Below are positions 22,383-39,587 of a stretch of DNA of 64,000 nt, one piece after another. The stretch comes from the human T2T-CHM13v2.0 reference genome, Homo sapiens. Made by a program: the position numbers and the translations under genes. Location: assembly GCF_009914755.1 (NCBI RefSeq), contig NC_060926.1; one strand, 5' to 3'. Under the pieces are notes generated by a model that saw nothing but the letters and a program-made list of their open reading frames with translations, searched no databases and was not told the DNA's origin. How positions within the stretch are numbered: position 1 is the stretch's first letter; each line of letters starts with the position of its first letter.

Positions 22383-23459
22383 AGAGGGAGGAGATTTGTA
22401 AAGTCTAAGCTCCCACTGTAGACTCTGATTGAGGGTCTGAAGAAGCAGGATCAGTCCTGTGCCAGCTGCTGTTTCTTGTCACTCAAGAGGGAGTTGTTAT
22501 GGCATTTTCCAGCTGCAGCATGACCTTGGGAGAAAATGGCATTATTTGTGATCATTGCAACTGGCTTTATCTGAGCCTATTCTCCCAGCTGGATTAACGG
22601 CTGAGCTGCTCTTACTTTTTTCAGTTCAAACTTCTTTTTACTCTTTAAGTCCTGCATAGTTTTAACTCTTTCAGTTAACTGGATTTAGTCAAATGTTAAA
22701 TATTCCCTTTCAAATCATGTTAAAGCTAAATGTCCACATCTCCCTCTGCCACTGATCATGAACCACACACAGGATCAAAGGCCCTGCGTATCCTAATTAG
22801 GCCATATGCAGAATAACTGTAGGGTGGTTCATTAAAACAATTGGAACGAATAAAATTCCAACTAAAATCAGAGGTGACTTATTTCCAGCAAAAGTGGAAC
22901 ACCTACCTGCTGCATCATGACCAGCTTCTCATGACTGATTATCTCTAATAAGGTCCTAAAGCATTCACTAAGAGAAAGTACTTATGTGCTCTTTCTTTCT
23001 CATTTCTTAAAAAAGAACCTAGAAAATCACTTAGAAGTTGGGCATATTAGAAGCCCAACTATTAGAGCTCATAAAAAAAAAACACTCTACTTCAGTGGTT
23101 CTCCAATGTTAACCTGCTTCTGAAACATCTACAGAGGTCACTAAAACCCAGAGTGCTACATTCCACTCATAAAGATTCTGATTCATTAGCTCTGGAGTGG
23201 GACTTAAGAATCTGCATTAAAAACAAGGTCCTAGGTGATGCTGATGATGCTTGTGAAAGCACCACACTCTGGGAATCACTTCTCTAACTCAGATCCTCTT
23301 CAGTATTTCTAACTTCCACACTTTTGCACTTTCTGTTTTCCTGCTTGAAATGCCCTCCCTGCTCTCCACTTAATGATTGCTTGCCTTAATTTAAATCACA
23401 CATGACACATCCTTCTTTGGCCATTGTATTAGTTATCTATTGCTACATAACAAAAGGCC

Positions 23460-25812
<2,353 letters not shown>

Positions 25813-27483
25813 TCTAAGAGAACTACAAAACACTGCTGAAAGAAATCATCAATGACACAAACAAATGGAAATACATCCCATGCTCATGGATGGGTAGAAT
25901 CAATATTGTGAAGATGACCATACTGTCAAAAGCAATCTACAGACTGAATACAATTCCCATCAAAATACTATCGTCATTCTTCACAGAACTAGAAAAAAAA
26001 ACTCTAAAATTCATATAGAACCAAAAAAGAGAGCCTGCATAGCCAAAGCAAGACTAAGCAAAAAGAACAAATCTGGAGGTAGCACATTACCTGACTTCAA
26101 ACTATACTACAAAACTATAGTTACCAATAAAATGGGCATGTATAAAAATGGGCATGTAGACGAATGGAACAGAATAGAGAACCCAGAAATAAAGCCAAAT
26201 ATGTACAGCCAACTGATATTTGACAAAGCAAACAAAAACATGAAGTGAGGAAAAACACCCCATTCAACAAATGGTACTGGGATAATTTGCAAGCCACAAG
26301 TAGAAGAATAAAACTGGATCCTTAATTCTCGTTTTATACAAAAATAAGCTCAAGATGGATTAAAGAATTAAATCTGAGACCTGAAACCATAAAAATTCTA
26401 GATAACATTGGAAAACCTCTTCTAAACATTGGCTTGGGCGAAGAGTTCATGACCAAGAATCCAAAAGCAAATACAACAAAAACAAAAATAAATAGATGCG
26501 GTCTAATTAAACTGAAAAGCTTCTGCACAGCAAAATAAATAATCAGCAGAATAAACAGACAATCCAGAGTGGGGAAAATATTCACAAACTATGCATCCAA
26601 CAAAGGATTAATATCCAGAATCTACAAGAAACTCAAACAAATCAGCAAGAAAAAAAACAAATAATCCCATCAAAAAGTGGGCAAAGGTCATGAATAGACA
26701 ATTCTCAAAGGAAGATATACAAATGGCCAACAAACATATGAAAAAATGCTCAACATCCCCAATTACCAGGGAAATGCAAATTAAAACAATTTTAATTAGA
26801 TAAAATGAGATACCACCTTGCTCCTGCAAAAATGGCCATAATTTAAAAATCAAAAAATAATAGATATTGACATGGGTGTGCTGAAAAGGGAACACTTTTA
26901 CACTGCTGGTGGGAATGTAAACTACAACCACTGTGGAAAACATTATGGAGATTCCTTAAAGAACTAAAAGTGGAACTACCATTCCACCTAGCAATCCCAC
27001 TATTGGGCATCTATCTAAAGGAAAATAAGTCATTATTATAGGAAAAAGACATTTACGCACACATGTTTATAACAGCACTAATTTGCAATTGTAAAAATAC
27101 GAAACCAGCCTAAATGCCCATCAATAAATGAGTGGATAATGAAAATGTGGTGTATATACATACCATGGAATACTACTCAGCCATAAAAAGAAACAAAATA
27201 ATGGCATTCACAGCAACCTGAATGGATTTGGAGACCATTATTCTAAGAGAAGTACCTCAGAAATGAAAAACTAAATATTGTATGTTGTCACCTGTAAGCG
27301 GAAGCTAAGCTATGAGGATGCAAAGGCATAAGAATGATATAATGGACTTTGTGGACTTCAGGAGAAGAATGGGAGTAGGGTGAGGGATAAAAGATTACAC
27401 ATTGGGTATAGTGTATACTGCTCAGATGACAGGTGCACCAATATCTTAGAAATCAGCACTAAAGAACTTATCCATGTAACTAA
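25813..27483 (+). mobile_element. L1PB-like 3' fragment (C-terminal ORF2 plus 3'UTR)
   Basis: aactacaaaacactgctgaaagaaatc...aaaagcttctgcacagcaaa...aaagaacttatccatgtaac. Confidence 0.9.
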
Positions 27484-27489
27484 AGTAAG

Positions 27490-27490
27490 A

Positions 27491-27534
<44 letters not shown>
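27490..27534 (+). repeat. (ATG)n trinucleotide microsatellite, ~14 units
   Basis: atgatgatg... pure run at the L1 3' end. Confidence 0.95.
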
Positions 27535-27999
27535 ATCAGCAAGGAATCCTATGTCTAGAAAAACTATTTTTCAAAGATAGATATAAAATAGGCAGAGCAC
27601 AGAGGATTTTTAGGTCAGTGAAACTATTCTGGATGATATTACAATTGTGAATACATGTCATTATACATTTATCAAAACCCATAGAATGTACAACACCAAG
27701 AGTGAACTGTAATGCAAACTATGGACTTTGGGTGATAATGATGTGTCAATGTAGGTTCACCAGTTGTAACAAATGTACCACTGTGGTGCAGAATACCAAT
27801 AGTGAGGGAAGTTGTGCATTTGGGGACACAGGGGTATATGAGAACTATCTCTAATTTCCATTCAATTTTTCTGTGAACCTAAAACTGCCTAGAAAATAAC
27901 GTTTATTAATTTTTTTAAATGCAGGTAAAATAAAGAGATTCTAAAATAAACAAAAACTGAGAGAATTTCTTCTGATCAGACCCATCTTACAAGATACAT

Positions 28000-28420
28000 T
28001 GATATGGTTTGGATCTGTGTCCCTGCCCAAATTTAATGACAAATCATAATCCCAAATGTTAGAGGTGGGGCCTGGTGGGAGGTAATTGGATCATGGGGGT
28101 GGTTTCTCATGAATGGTTTAGCACCATCTCCTTGGTGCTCTTCCAGGGATAGTGCGTGAGTTCTTACGAGATCTGGTAATTTAAGCGTGTAGCACCTTCC
28201 CAACTTCTCTTGCTCCTGCTCCTGCTATGTAAGACATGTCTGTTTCCCCTTCCCCTTTTGCCATGATTGTAAGTTTCCTGAGGCCTTCCCAGAAGATGAG
28301 CAGATATCTGCCCAGCATCATGCTTCCTATACAGCTTGTGGAACATGAGCCAATTAAATCTCTTTATCAATTACCCAGTCTCAGTATTTCTTTATAGCAA
28401 TGCAAGAACAGACTAATACA
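28000..28420 (+). mobile_element. MST-family MaLR solo LTR
   Basis: tgatatggtttggatctgtgtccc ... gactaataca; 5-bp TSD tacat. Confidence 0.88.
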
Positions 28421-29120
28421 TACATTACAGTACATTCTTCAGGCTGAAAGCAAGGGAAACAGACTGAAATTCAAACTCAGACTAAAAAAACAGAGTACTG
28501 TTAAAGGTAACTATGTAGGTAATTACAAAATAGAGTATGTTAGAATAGTTCTCCTTTATTCTTTTAACTTATTTAAAGACAATTACATCAAATAATATTA
28601 TATAATAGTACCAACAAGCCTATAGCATATAGAAACATAATATATTTAATAATAATAGCACAAAAGAGATCAATGGGAATAAAGCTGTATTATTGTAAGG
28701 AATGATACTAGATGCTAACTGGAATCCACAGGAAGAAATTAAGAGAATAAGAAATGGAAAATAAGAAGTTCAATATAATGAGCTCTATATATACATTCTC
28801 ACTCTCCTTTCTATTCCTTTCTACTTAGTTTTTAAAAAGGCATTAAATTACACAGGGAAATAATTATAAAAATGTATGGCTGAGTCTATAACATATATAT
28901 AGATTCAATACGTCTAAAAATAATAGCACAAAAGGGAGAAAGAGGAAATAGAAATATATAGAAGCAAATTTTCTAAATGTCACTGAAATATAGTTGTCAG
29001 AAATCTGAGGTAAGTCTGTTAAGATATATACTGTAAACAACTACCGAGAGACACTTACCTAGAGTGATCACAAAGAAAACAACTAAAGGAATTAAAATGG
29101 TTACTATAAAATATTCTCTT

Positions 29121-29412
29121 GGCTGGGCATGGGAGCTCACACCTGTAATCCCAACACTTCGGGAAGTCAAGGCAGGTGGATCGTTCGAGGCCAGGAGTTT
29201 GGGTGGGACCAGCCTGCCCAACAAGGCAAAACTCCATCTCTACTAAAATTACAAAAATTAGCTGGGCATGATGGTGCATGCCTGTAATCCCAACTGCTCA
29301 GGAGGCTGAGGTGGGAGAATCATTTGAATCCAGGAGGCAAAGTTGCAGTGAGCCAAGCTCGTGCCACTGCATTCCACCCCACCCTGGGCGACAGAGCAAG
29401 ACTATGTATCAA
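29121..29412 (+). mobile_element. Alu (old) lacking a normal A-tail
   Basis: Alu consensus; 3' end runs directly into the 29411-29535 repeat cluster. Confidence 0.88.
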
Positions 29413-29535
29413 GACATAGTCTTTCTTTCAAAAGAAAGACTTTTGAAAGACTTTTTGCTTTCAAAAGAAAGACTTTTGAAAGACTTTTTGCTTTCAAAAG
29501 AAAGACATATTGCTTTCTTTCAAAAGAAAGCAATA
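29411..29535. repeat. 33-bp tandem repeat with internal palindromes
   Basis: ctttcaaaagaaagacttttgaaagactttttg x2 plus partial flanking copies. Confidence 0.9.
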
Positions 29536-30415
29536 AAGGAAGACCTGAAAAACTAAAAAGACATGAGATATATAGAAACAAAAAGCAAAAAGGTAGAGGT
29601 AAATCCAACCATATTAATAATGATATTCAATTCAAATAGATTAAACAATTTCATCCAACACAGAGATTGTCAAATAGTATTTTTAAAAATTCAACTATAT
29701 GCTAGCTACAGGAGACACACACTAGACTCAAAGATACACATAATTTAAAAGTAAGAGGTTGGAAAATGGCATATCATGCAAACAGCCACTGTAAGAGAGC
29801 TGGAATGATTACACTAATTATCAGACAAAACAGACTTTAAGAAAAAAAGTATTAGTAGAGAAAAAGTGGCTGTTTTATAATGAAAAGTGTTAATCCATCA
29901 GGAAGCTATAGCAAATGTAAAGACATATGCATCTAACAACACAGTTCCAAAATACATGAAGCAAAAATGGACAAAATTGAAGGGATAAATAGACATTTCA
30001 ACAGCAATAGAGATTTTAATATTCCACTTTTAATAATGAATGAAACAACTAAGCAGAATATCAACAAGGATATAGGAGACTTGAGTAACACTTTAAACAA
30101 TATAGACATAAAAGAGGTCCATAGACATTCCACCCTCTAACAGTAAAATCACATTCTTCACATGGAACAATCTCCAGGGTAGACCACACGTTAGTTCAAA
30201 AAACAAGTCTCAGTAACTTTAAAGGAATTCCTATTATACAAGGTATGTTTTCTGACCATAATGGAATTAAACTAGAAATTCATAATAGAAGGAAATTTTA
30301 GAAATTCACAAATATGTAAAAACTAAATAACATACTCCTAAGTAACTGATGATTCAAAGAAATTTGAATAGACATATAATGAATAAAGAGATTGGATTAA
30401 TAAATTTAAAATGTT

Positions 30416-30715
30416 GGCTGGACGCAGTGGCTCACGCCTGTAATCCTAGCACTTTGGGAGGCCGAGGCGGGTGGATCACGAGGTCAGGAGTTCAAGACCA
30501 TCCTGGCCAACATGGTAAAACCCCGTCTCTACTAAAAGTACAAAAAAAATTAGCTGGGCGTTGTGGTGCACGACTGTAATCCCAGTTACTTGGGAGGCTG
30601 GGGCAGGAAAATCGCTTGAACCTGGGAGTCAGAAGTTGCAGTGAGCTGAAATCATGCCACTGCACTCCCACCTGGTGACAAAGCAAAACTCCATCTCAAA
30701 ATAAAATAAAATAAA
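30416..30715 (+). mobile_element. Alu
   Basis: Alu consensus, (TAAAA)n tail. Confidence 0.92.
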
Positions 30716-32013
30716 TTTAAAACTTCCCACCAAAAAAAACACAGGTCCAGATGGCTTCACTGGGGAATTCTATCAAACATCTAAATAAGAATAAAAGTCA
30801 TTCACAGACTCTTCCAAAAAATATAAGAAGAGAGAACACCTCCCAATTCATTCTATGACACCACTATTACCTTGATACCCAAACCAGACAAAGATATCAC
30901 AAGAAAAGAAAACTACAGACTAATATCCCTTATGATTACAGATTTTTAAAATTTCCATAAGATGGTAGAAAACCAAATCCAGGTCTATCTAAATAGGATT
31001 ATACACCATGATCAATGAGATTTATCCCTGGAATGCAAGGTTGGTTTACCATCACAAAATCAATCAATATCCACCATCCTATTAATAAAGGACAAAAGTC
31101 ACAAGATCAATTTCATCAATTCAGGAAAAGAGCATTTTACAAGATCCAATATCCTCCTATGATTAAAAGCTATCAGCGATGTAAGTAATTAAAAGAAATT
31201 TCCTCAAAAAAAGACATCTACAAAAAACTCACAGCTATGCAATGGGGAAATAATGAATACTTCTCTTTAAAGTGAGGAACAACACAATAATATCTATCTT
31301 CAACATTTCTATTCAACATCAAACTGGAGGATCTAGCCAGGGCAAGTGAGCAAGAAAAAGAAATAAAAAACATCCATTTTTCTCGTTCCAGAACAAGACA
31401 GCATAGAATCACACTTTCTCCCCTCTAAATGCTACTAGATGCCCTGGAAATTATGATAGGCAATGCTAAAGGGACTTTGAATGTTGGAAAGAACAAGATA
31501 GACTGGCTAGGAACTATATGACTTGAGGAAGTGACACCATGGAGAAGTCCCTAGGTTTTATTTTTATTTCTCATTTACTTCTGGACTGGACACTGGAGAA
31601 ACCTACCCAGAAATGTGCATAGGCATAAACATAAATTCTGAGAAAAGCCTTAACTCTACCCAAAGGATCAGGAAATAAGAAGTCTAACAAAGACCTAGTG
31701 AGAAGCCTCCATCCTCATTCTGTAACCAGGGCACTGGTAAGCTGGCCAAGCCACCAACAGCAGTAGCAAAGTCCTGGGCCATACAGCCACATCTACACCA
31801 CCAGAACACTGGTGGGCAGCTCAATCCATCAAGAAGATATTGCAATCCTAAATGTGTATACATCAAAAAACAGAGCTTCAAAATATATAAAGTAAAAACT
31901 GAGAGCTAAAAGAAGACAGACGAATCCATGATTATAGTTGGGAAATTTAACACCCACTCAGAAATTGATAGAATTACTTAACAGAAAATCAGTAAGAGTA
32001 TAGGGAAACCGAA

Positions 32014-33150
32014 CACGACAGCGAGTGGGAGAAGCGAGGTCTAGTAGAGGGAGCACTATGTCTGTGGAAGTCTCCGAGGCAGCCTCTGTGGAGGAGCAGA
32101 AGGAAATGGAAGATACAGTGACTAGTCCAGAGAAAGTTGAAGCAGCAAAATTAAAAGCAAGATATCCTCATCTGGGACAAATGCCTGGAGGTTCAGATTT
32201 CTTAAGGAAACGATTGCAGAAAGGGCAAAAATATTTTGATTCTGGGGATTACAACATGGCTAAAGCAAAAATGAAGAACGAGCAACTTCCTACTGCAGCT
32301 CTGGATAAGATGGAGGTCACGGGTGACCACATTCCCACTCCAGAGGACCTTCCTCAACAGAAACCATCCATTGTTGCTAGCAAGCTGGCTGGTTGAAAGA
32401 ACTGAACTGCATGAATCTGCTAATTCCCATTATTTCTCCTTAATATGTTACTTATCTACTTTTTATTTCCTTTCATTACCCCATCATTTGAGACTGACAG
32501 CTTTGCAGGTGAGCAGTAGTGTGTGCTGCTATTGTGGGATATACATGTGTAGAGTTTTTGATTAGTTTAACAGTGCACTGGTGAAGAGGACGTGTTAGAG
32601 CAACATAAGTAAGTAATCTACTTGAAAATAATTGTATATATTACCTAACTCCTAGTGTAGTACTGGTTCTAACAAGTAACAAGCAAGTTTTAAAATTTTA
32701 ATGTTTTGGCTTTCATTGCTTCATCTTAATTATAGCTTTGTATGTTACTCTTATTTAATATAATCTCTATTGTATTGATTTCTTCTGTATTTTGGATTTT
32801 GTAAAACAGAAGTTTAAGACCACAAGTTAGAAGAAAGGTCACATATTTCAAACACAACTAGATGGGGATCCAAAAGATTTCTATCTCTGTGCTTGAACTA
32901 GAATCGCCTTAAACCTGTTTCAGTTTTAACAGTAGAATTTTACTTGGGCAATATTTGCCCATTCTGGTGTAACTTATGTGACTCTAGTGCTTAACAGCTG
33001 CCATTGAAGCTAATATTCTTATTCAGTTCTGTAAAGTTAAAATACCTTTTGTTGTTGAAGATGTGAATAAACTATGCATGTGCATTGACTGTTGGATTCA
33101 CTTTTGTGTCATTTTTGTAAATACAATATTTTTGCACAAAAAATTAAAAA
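32014..33150 (+). pseudogene. ARPP19 (retrocopy): Processed retrocopy of ARPP19 (cAMP-regulated phosphoprotein 19, endosulfine family); intact ORF at 32058-32396
   Basis: Intronless 112-aa [13 protein letters not shown]...[17 protein letters not shown]...VASKLAG, short 5'UTR, ~740-nt 3'UTR, A-tail at 33138-33150, and 20-bp TSD aagagtatagggaaaccgaa (31994-32013) / aagaatatagggaaactgaa (33151-33170), inserted in L1 sequence. Confidence 0.95.
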
Positions 33151-33477
33151 AAGAATATAGGGAAACTGAAAAACATCATCAATCAATAGAATCTAATTGA
33201 TGTTTATAGAACATGCCATTCAACAGTAGCAGGGTGTGAAACACATGAAATATTCACCAAGACTGACCATATTTTGAGTCATAAAACAAACCTGAACAAA
33301 TTTAAAAGACATGAAATCATACAGAATAAATTCTCTGACCATAATGGAATCAAACTAGAAATAAATAATAGAAAAACATACACAAAAATTATCAAACACT
33401 TGAAAATTAAACAACATACCTCTTAATAGTCCAAAGGTCAAAGACAAAATTTCAAAGAAAATAAAAAAGTGTATAGA

Positions 33478-33786
<309 letters not shown>

Positions 33787-34303
33787 TTAAAAGTACATAG
33801 AACTGAGTGAAAATGAAAACACAATATATCAAAATTTCTGAGATGCATGTAAAGTAATGCTAAGAGAAAATTAACACACTAAGTGCTTAGATTAGAGAAA
33901 GATCTCAGATTAATAATTTCAGCTTTTACTTCAAGAGACTAGGCAAAGAAGAGAAAAATAAGCCCAAATCAAGCAGAAGGAAGGGAATAATAAAGATTAT
34001 GGCAGAAATCCATGAAATTGAAAACAGAAAAACATAGAAAATTAGTGAAACAAAAAGCTGGCTCTCCTTAAAAAAATTCATTGAGATCGATAAACTTCTA
34101 GCAATATTAAAAAACTCTAGCCTGGGAATTGGATTTTTTAGAAAATTCCCTAAGGGATTCCAATGTGCATCCAAAGTTGAGACCTACTGGTAAGGTCTTC
34201 AGGCCTGTTGACTTGCTCCTTGGCCTGATGAGAGAAGAGATTTGCATACACAAAAAACATTGTATATATCCAACGGTTTCACCATTAAGAAAATACTGAG
34301 CCT

Positions 34304-34705
<402 letters not shown>

Positions 34706-35486
34706 TTATTGTAAAATGCAGATGATAATACTTATCTTGAATGACTATTGTGAAGATTGAATAAGTGATATGTACAAAATGTCCAGCCCAGTGCCTGACA
34801 GATAAATGTTTTTGGCTGCCTAGTAGTGGAAACCCCAACACAATGGACCATTGTTGTCTCACAGAAGAGCAGCCCTGAAGGTTAACCTCAAAGATGCAGG
34901 ATCTTCCCAGCTCTGGGCTCCTCCATCCTCAGCAGGTCAAGACTTAACTCTTAGGTTTGCAAAACATCATCAAAAGCAGCCAGGACAATACTGGCCTGAA
35001 GAACAAATCTTTCCTCCCTTGTGCTGCCTGCATCAAAATCTTGCCCCATACTACCCAGCTGTCTGTCTCATTGGTTAGAATGGAATCCACCTTATTTTTA
35101 AATCATTCCCTAGGAAGGGGGATGATGTCACCATAAATAGCTTAAAAGAGAGGGAGACTTTTAAAAAAATATGATAGTCTCAGAGATTGGGAGTGAATTG
35201 TTTGGGGGTTGGGACCTGGCCATAGGTGAATTTTAAAGCTCTGAGGAGATTTTAACATACATCCATGGCCGAGAACCACTGGCTTTCATGCCTATTAATG
35301 CCATCATGGCTCAGTTGGTGAAAGAGACTGCAGTGAACTGCCTGCACTAGCCGCCACAGTGGCTTCATGTTAGAGCCTCCCATCCTGGAAGAGTAGATAT
35401 TGACTTAGAGCTTTGCTACTCAAAGTGAAGTTCATGGACCAGCAACATCAGCATCACCACAGAGCTTGTTTGAAATGCAGAATCTT

Positions 35487-35780
35487 GGCCAGGCGTGGTG
35501 GCTCACACCTGTCATCCCAGCACTTTGGGAAGCCGAGGAGGTGGATCACTTGAGCCTAAGAGTTTGAGACCAGCCTGGGCAATATAGTGAGACCTCATCT
35601 TTACAAACAATTAAAAAATTAGCCGAGTGTGGTGGCATGCACCTGGTCTCAGCCACTTGGAAGGCTGAGGTGGAAGGATCTCTTGGGCCTGGGAGATTAA
35701 GGCTACAATGAACTATGATTGCACCAGTACACACCAGCCTAGGCGACAGGGTGAGAAACTGTCTCAAAGCAACAACAACG
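35487..35780 (+). mobile_element. AluJ-type inserted in a MER5-like element (35410-35890)
   Basis: Alu consensus; flanks catcagcatcacc...gaaatgcagaatct / tctactgaaatcaga...gagaatcactgg. Confidence 0.85.
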
Positions 35781-36235
35781 GAAATCCAGATACTTGATCC
35801 CCAACCCAGATCTACTGAAATCAGAGTCTGAATTTTCACAAAATCTTCAAATGATTCTCATGGGCATTTAAAGATGAGAATCACTGGTATAAAAGACACT
35901 TTTGTAGGATTTTGGTGTTGCATCTCACTTGTCTGAACCTTGCAATTACAACACAAATCATTTCTACATCTTACCTCCCATAACATCCTGGGCTCATCCG
36001 ACCATGACTCCTAATGCCTCACTGCCTAGGGGCAGTCACTCTGACCTCTCTTAGCCTGTCTGCCTCTATCTCACTTTGAGAGGTAGACATAACCAATCCT
36101 TCTAGGCATCCAACATGAGACTCCACCAGGGGTTGGATGTCATGTGGTTATTGTCTCAATAATCATGTGACACTACCTACCACAGGTCAAAATACCTATG
36201 AGATGCTTTGAAGAGTCAGAACTGAATAGCACATT

Positions 36236-36742
36236 GCATTTCTCAGGGTTTTCTAGAGAGACAGAACTAATAGGATAGATGTATATATGAAGTTTATTAA
36301 TGAGTATTGACTCACACAATTACAAGATGAAGTCCCACAATAGGCCATCTGCAAACTGAGGAGCAAGGAAGCCAGTCCAAGTCCGAAATCCTCAAAAGTA
36401 GGGAAGCTGGCAATGCAGCCTTCGGTCTGTGGCCGAAGGCCTGAAAGCACCTGCAAACCACTGGTGTAAGTTCAAGAGTCTATAAGGTGAAGAACTTGGA
36501 GTATGATGTTCGAGGGCAGAAAGCATCCAGCACAGGAGAAAGATGAAGGCTGGATGACTCAGCAAGTCTAGTCCTTCCAACTTCTGCTTTCTTTATTCTA
36601 CAGTGCTGGCAGCTGATTAGATTCAGCGTGGGTCTGTTTCTCCTAGTCCACTGACTCAAATGTTAATCTCCTTTGGCAAGACCTCCACAGACACACCCAG
36701 GAACAATACTTTGCACCCTTCAGTCCAATCAAGGTGACACAC
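36236..36742 (-). mobile_element. MLT2-family ERVL solo LTR
   Basis: cagggttttctagagagacagaactaataggata ... caggaacaatactttgca...ccaatcaaggtgaca. Confidence 0.85.
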
Positions 36743-36981
36743 ACGGCCCTTCTCTCTAAGCTTAAAAAGTAGAAGAGCCAGATACAAAAACACAAAAACA
36801 ACAACATATTTATAGCACTTTAAGCCTACAAGATGCCTTTGTCCTTGCAAAAACAGGCTCAGAGAAGGTCTTCAGTTACTCGGCACCATGCAGCTGGGTG
36901 GATGGTAAAGTTGGACTTTGGAATCAGGACTTTTTACTTCAAACTAAGATTGTCAGATAAAATATAGAATTCCCAGCCAGG

Positions 36982-37517
<536 letters not shown>

Positions 37518-38053
37518 CCCAGCTAAGTTTTATTTGTTATATCTGGAAAAACTCAATTGCAATAGCTTTGCTGGGCAACATGGGCCACAGAGGAAAGGAG
37601 ACTGGTAGGTGAAACTAGCTACCACCCTGCACATCCTGCTTCAGAAGAGAAAAGAAGGATTGAAAGTACAGTATCCAGATTTAACAAATAAAAGTTTAAG
37701 ATGTCAGTTAAATTTGATTTTCAGGTAAACAATGAATAAGTTTTACAATATATACATATGTCTCAACTCTCACATAGGAAAGAGACTAGAAAAAGCTCTA
37801 AGGATAAATTCAAGGTTAATTTTCTTCAAACTAATTAAGTTATTATTGACCCAACCATTCACCCATTCTCCGTGTTTCCTAGAAGAATAGCTGGAGCACT
37901 AGCCCCTGATTGGCACTCTTGGTCTCAGGCTCCAAAAGGGCACATCCTCATAGGCCTAGATTTTTCCTTTTCCATGCATCCTGCTGGTCAGTGAATATCC
38001 ACATATCCAACAGCCACATCCAGAAAAAAAGTAAATTCCTTCATGATTAACAC

Positions 38054-38346
<293 letters not shown>

Positions 38347-39245
38347 TAAAATGACTTTTTATGTTTAACTTTGTTTTTGATTTACTCATTTAATCATTCA
38401 TTCAACATATTTAATGAGCACCTACTCTTTGCCAAGCCCTATGCATTGTGCCTGAGGAACAAACAGAAGGCCAGGACTTGCCCCAAATGAATTCCCATTT
38501 CAGGGTGGGAGACAGATGTACATGATCTTGTGATGGTGCAGAGAGAGCAGTGTCCACTATGATGGAGAGAAGCATAGTCTCAGCTTCGGTAGAGCTTCTG
38601 GAAGAGTAGACAAGCTAAGTGAGTTGACAAGGAGCTGGCCAGGCAAAGGTGGGGAAGTGGGGGCCGGCAGTGGGGAGTGCGAGAGTCGAGGAAGGTGTCC
38701 TCACAGAGCAAGTATGGAAGTAAAAAATAGGACAGGGCGAGCACAGAATCAGAAAGCCTTGGTTTGGCTTTAGTATGTCATTTACCAACTCCAATGTGCA
38801 CATGGATTTTTAAGCCTTAAGGAAAGGCTGGGAGTAGAGGGTTGGGCCCCAGCATGACATTGTCTTCTGCTGACCCTATTTCTATTCTGGGTCTTAATTT
38901 TACTGCCCATAAATAATCAGGGTTCCAAATAATCTTGAAGATTTCTTAGTTCTCATGATGGATTTTGCTTCACTCCTCTGCTCATACATTTATACAGCCT
39001 CAGTGCTGAATTCAGGCTGTTTCTCCGGTTGAAGCTGGGCAAGAAGATTCTGTTTCTGCAATTACGAACAACAGTGTTATTCTTCAGGGCCACATTCTTG
39101 AGTGAAATCAAGGTACCTCCTTTACTAAAACAAGCCCCGGCTGCCTAAAAAATGCTTCTACAGTTTCAGGAAATGCAATGCAGTGAAATATACCTGCCAC
39201 AATAGTCAGGACAGTTAATATACTTTGTCATTTTTCAGGTGCTAA

Positions 39246-39587
<342 letters not shown>

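Noticed and set aside
25813-27000. L1 ORF2 as a possible intact coding region
   Set aside because: 5'-truncated with multiple stops and frameshifts; no long + strand ORF in the track
27380-27580. Poly-methionine ORF (and poly-Ile ORF at 36939-37175)
   Set aside because: Microsatellite translations
29278-29639. ORFs with repeated LSKERLLKDFL peptide units
   Set aside because: Translation of the 33-bp tandem repeat fused to Alu and L1 sequence
32025-32057. 11-codon N-terminal extension of the ARPP19 ORF in the track
   Set aside because: It starts at GTG in retrocopied 5'UTR; the parental ATG is at 32058
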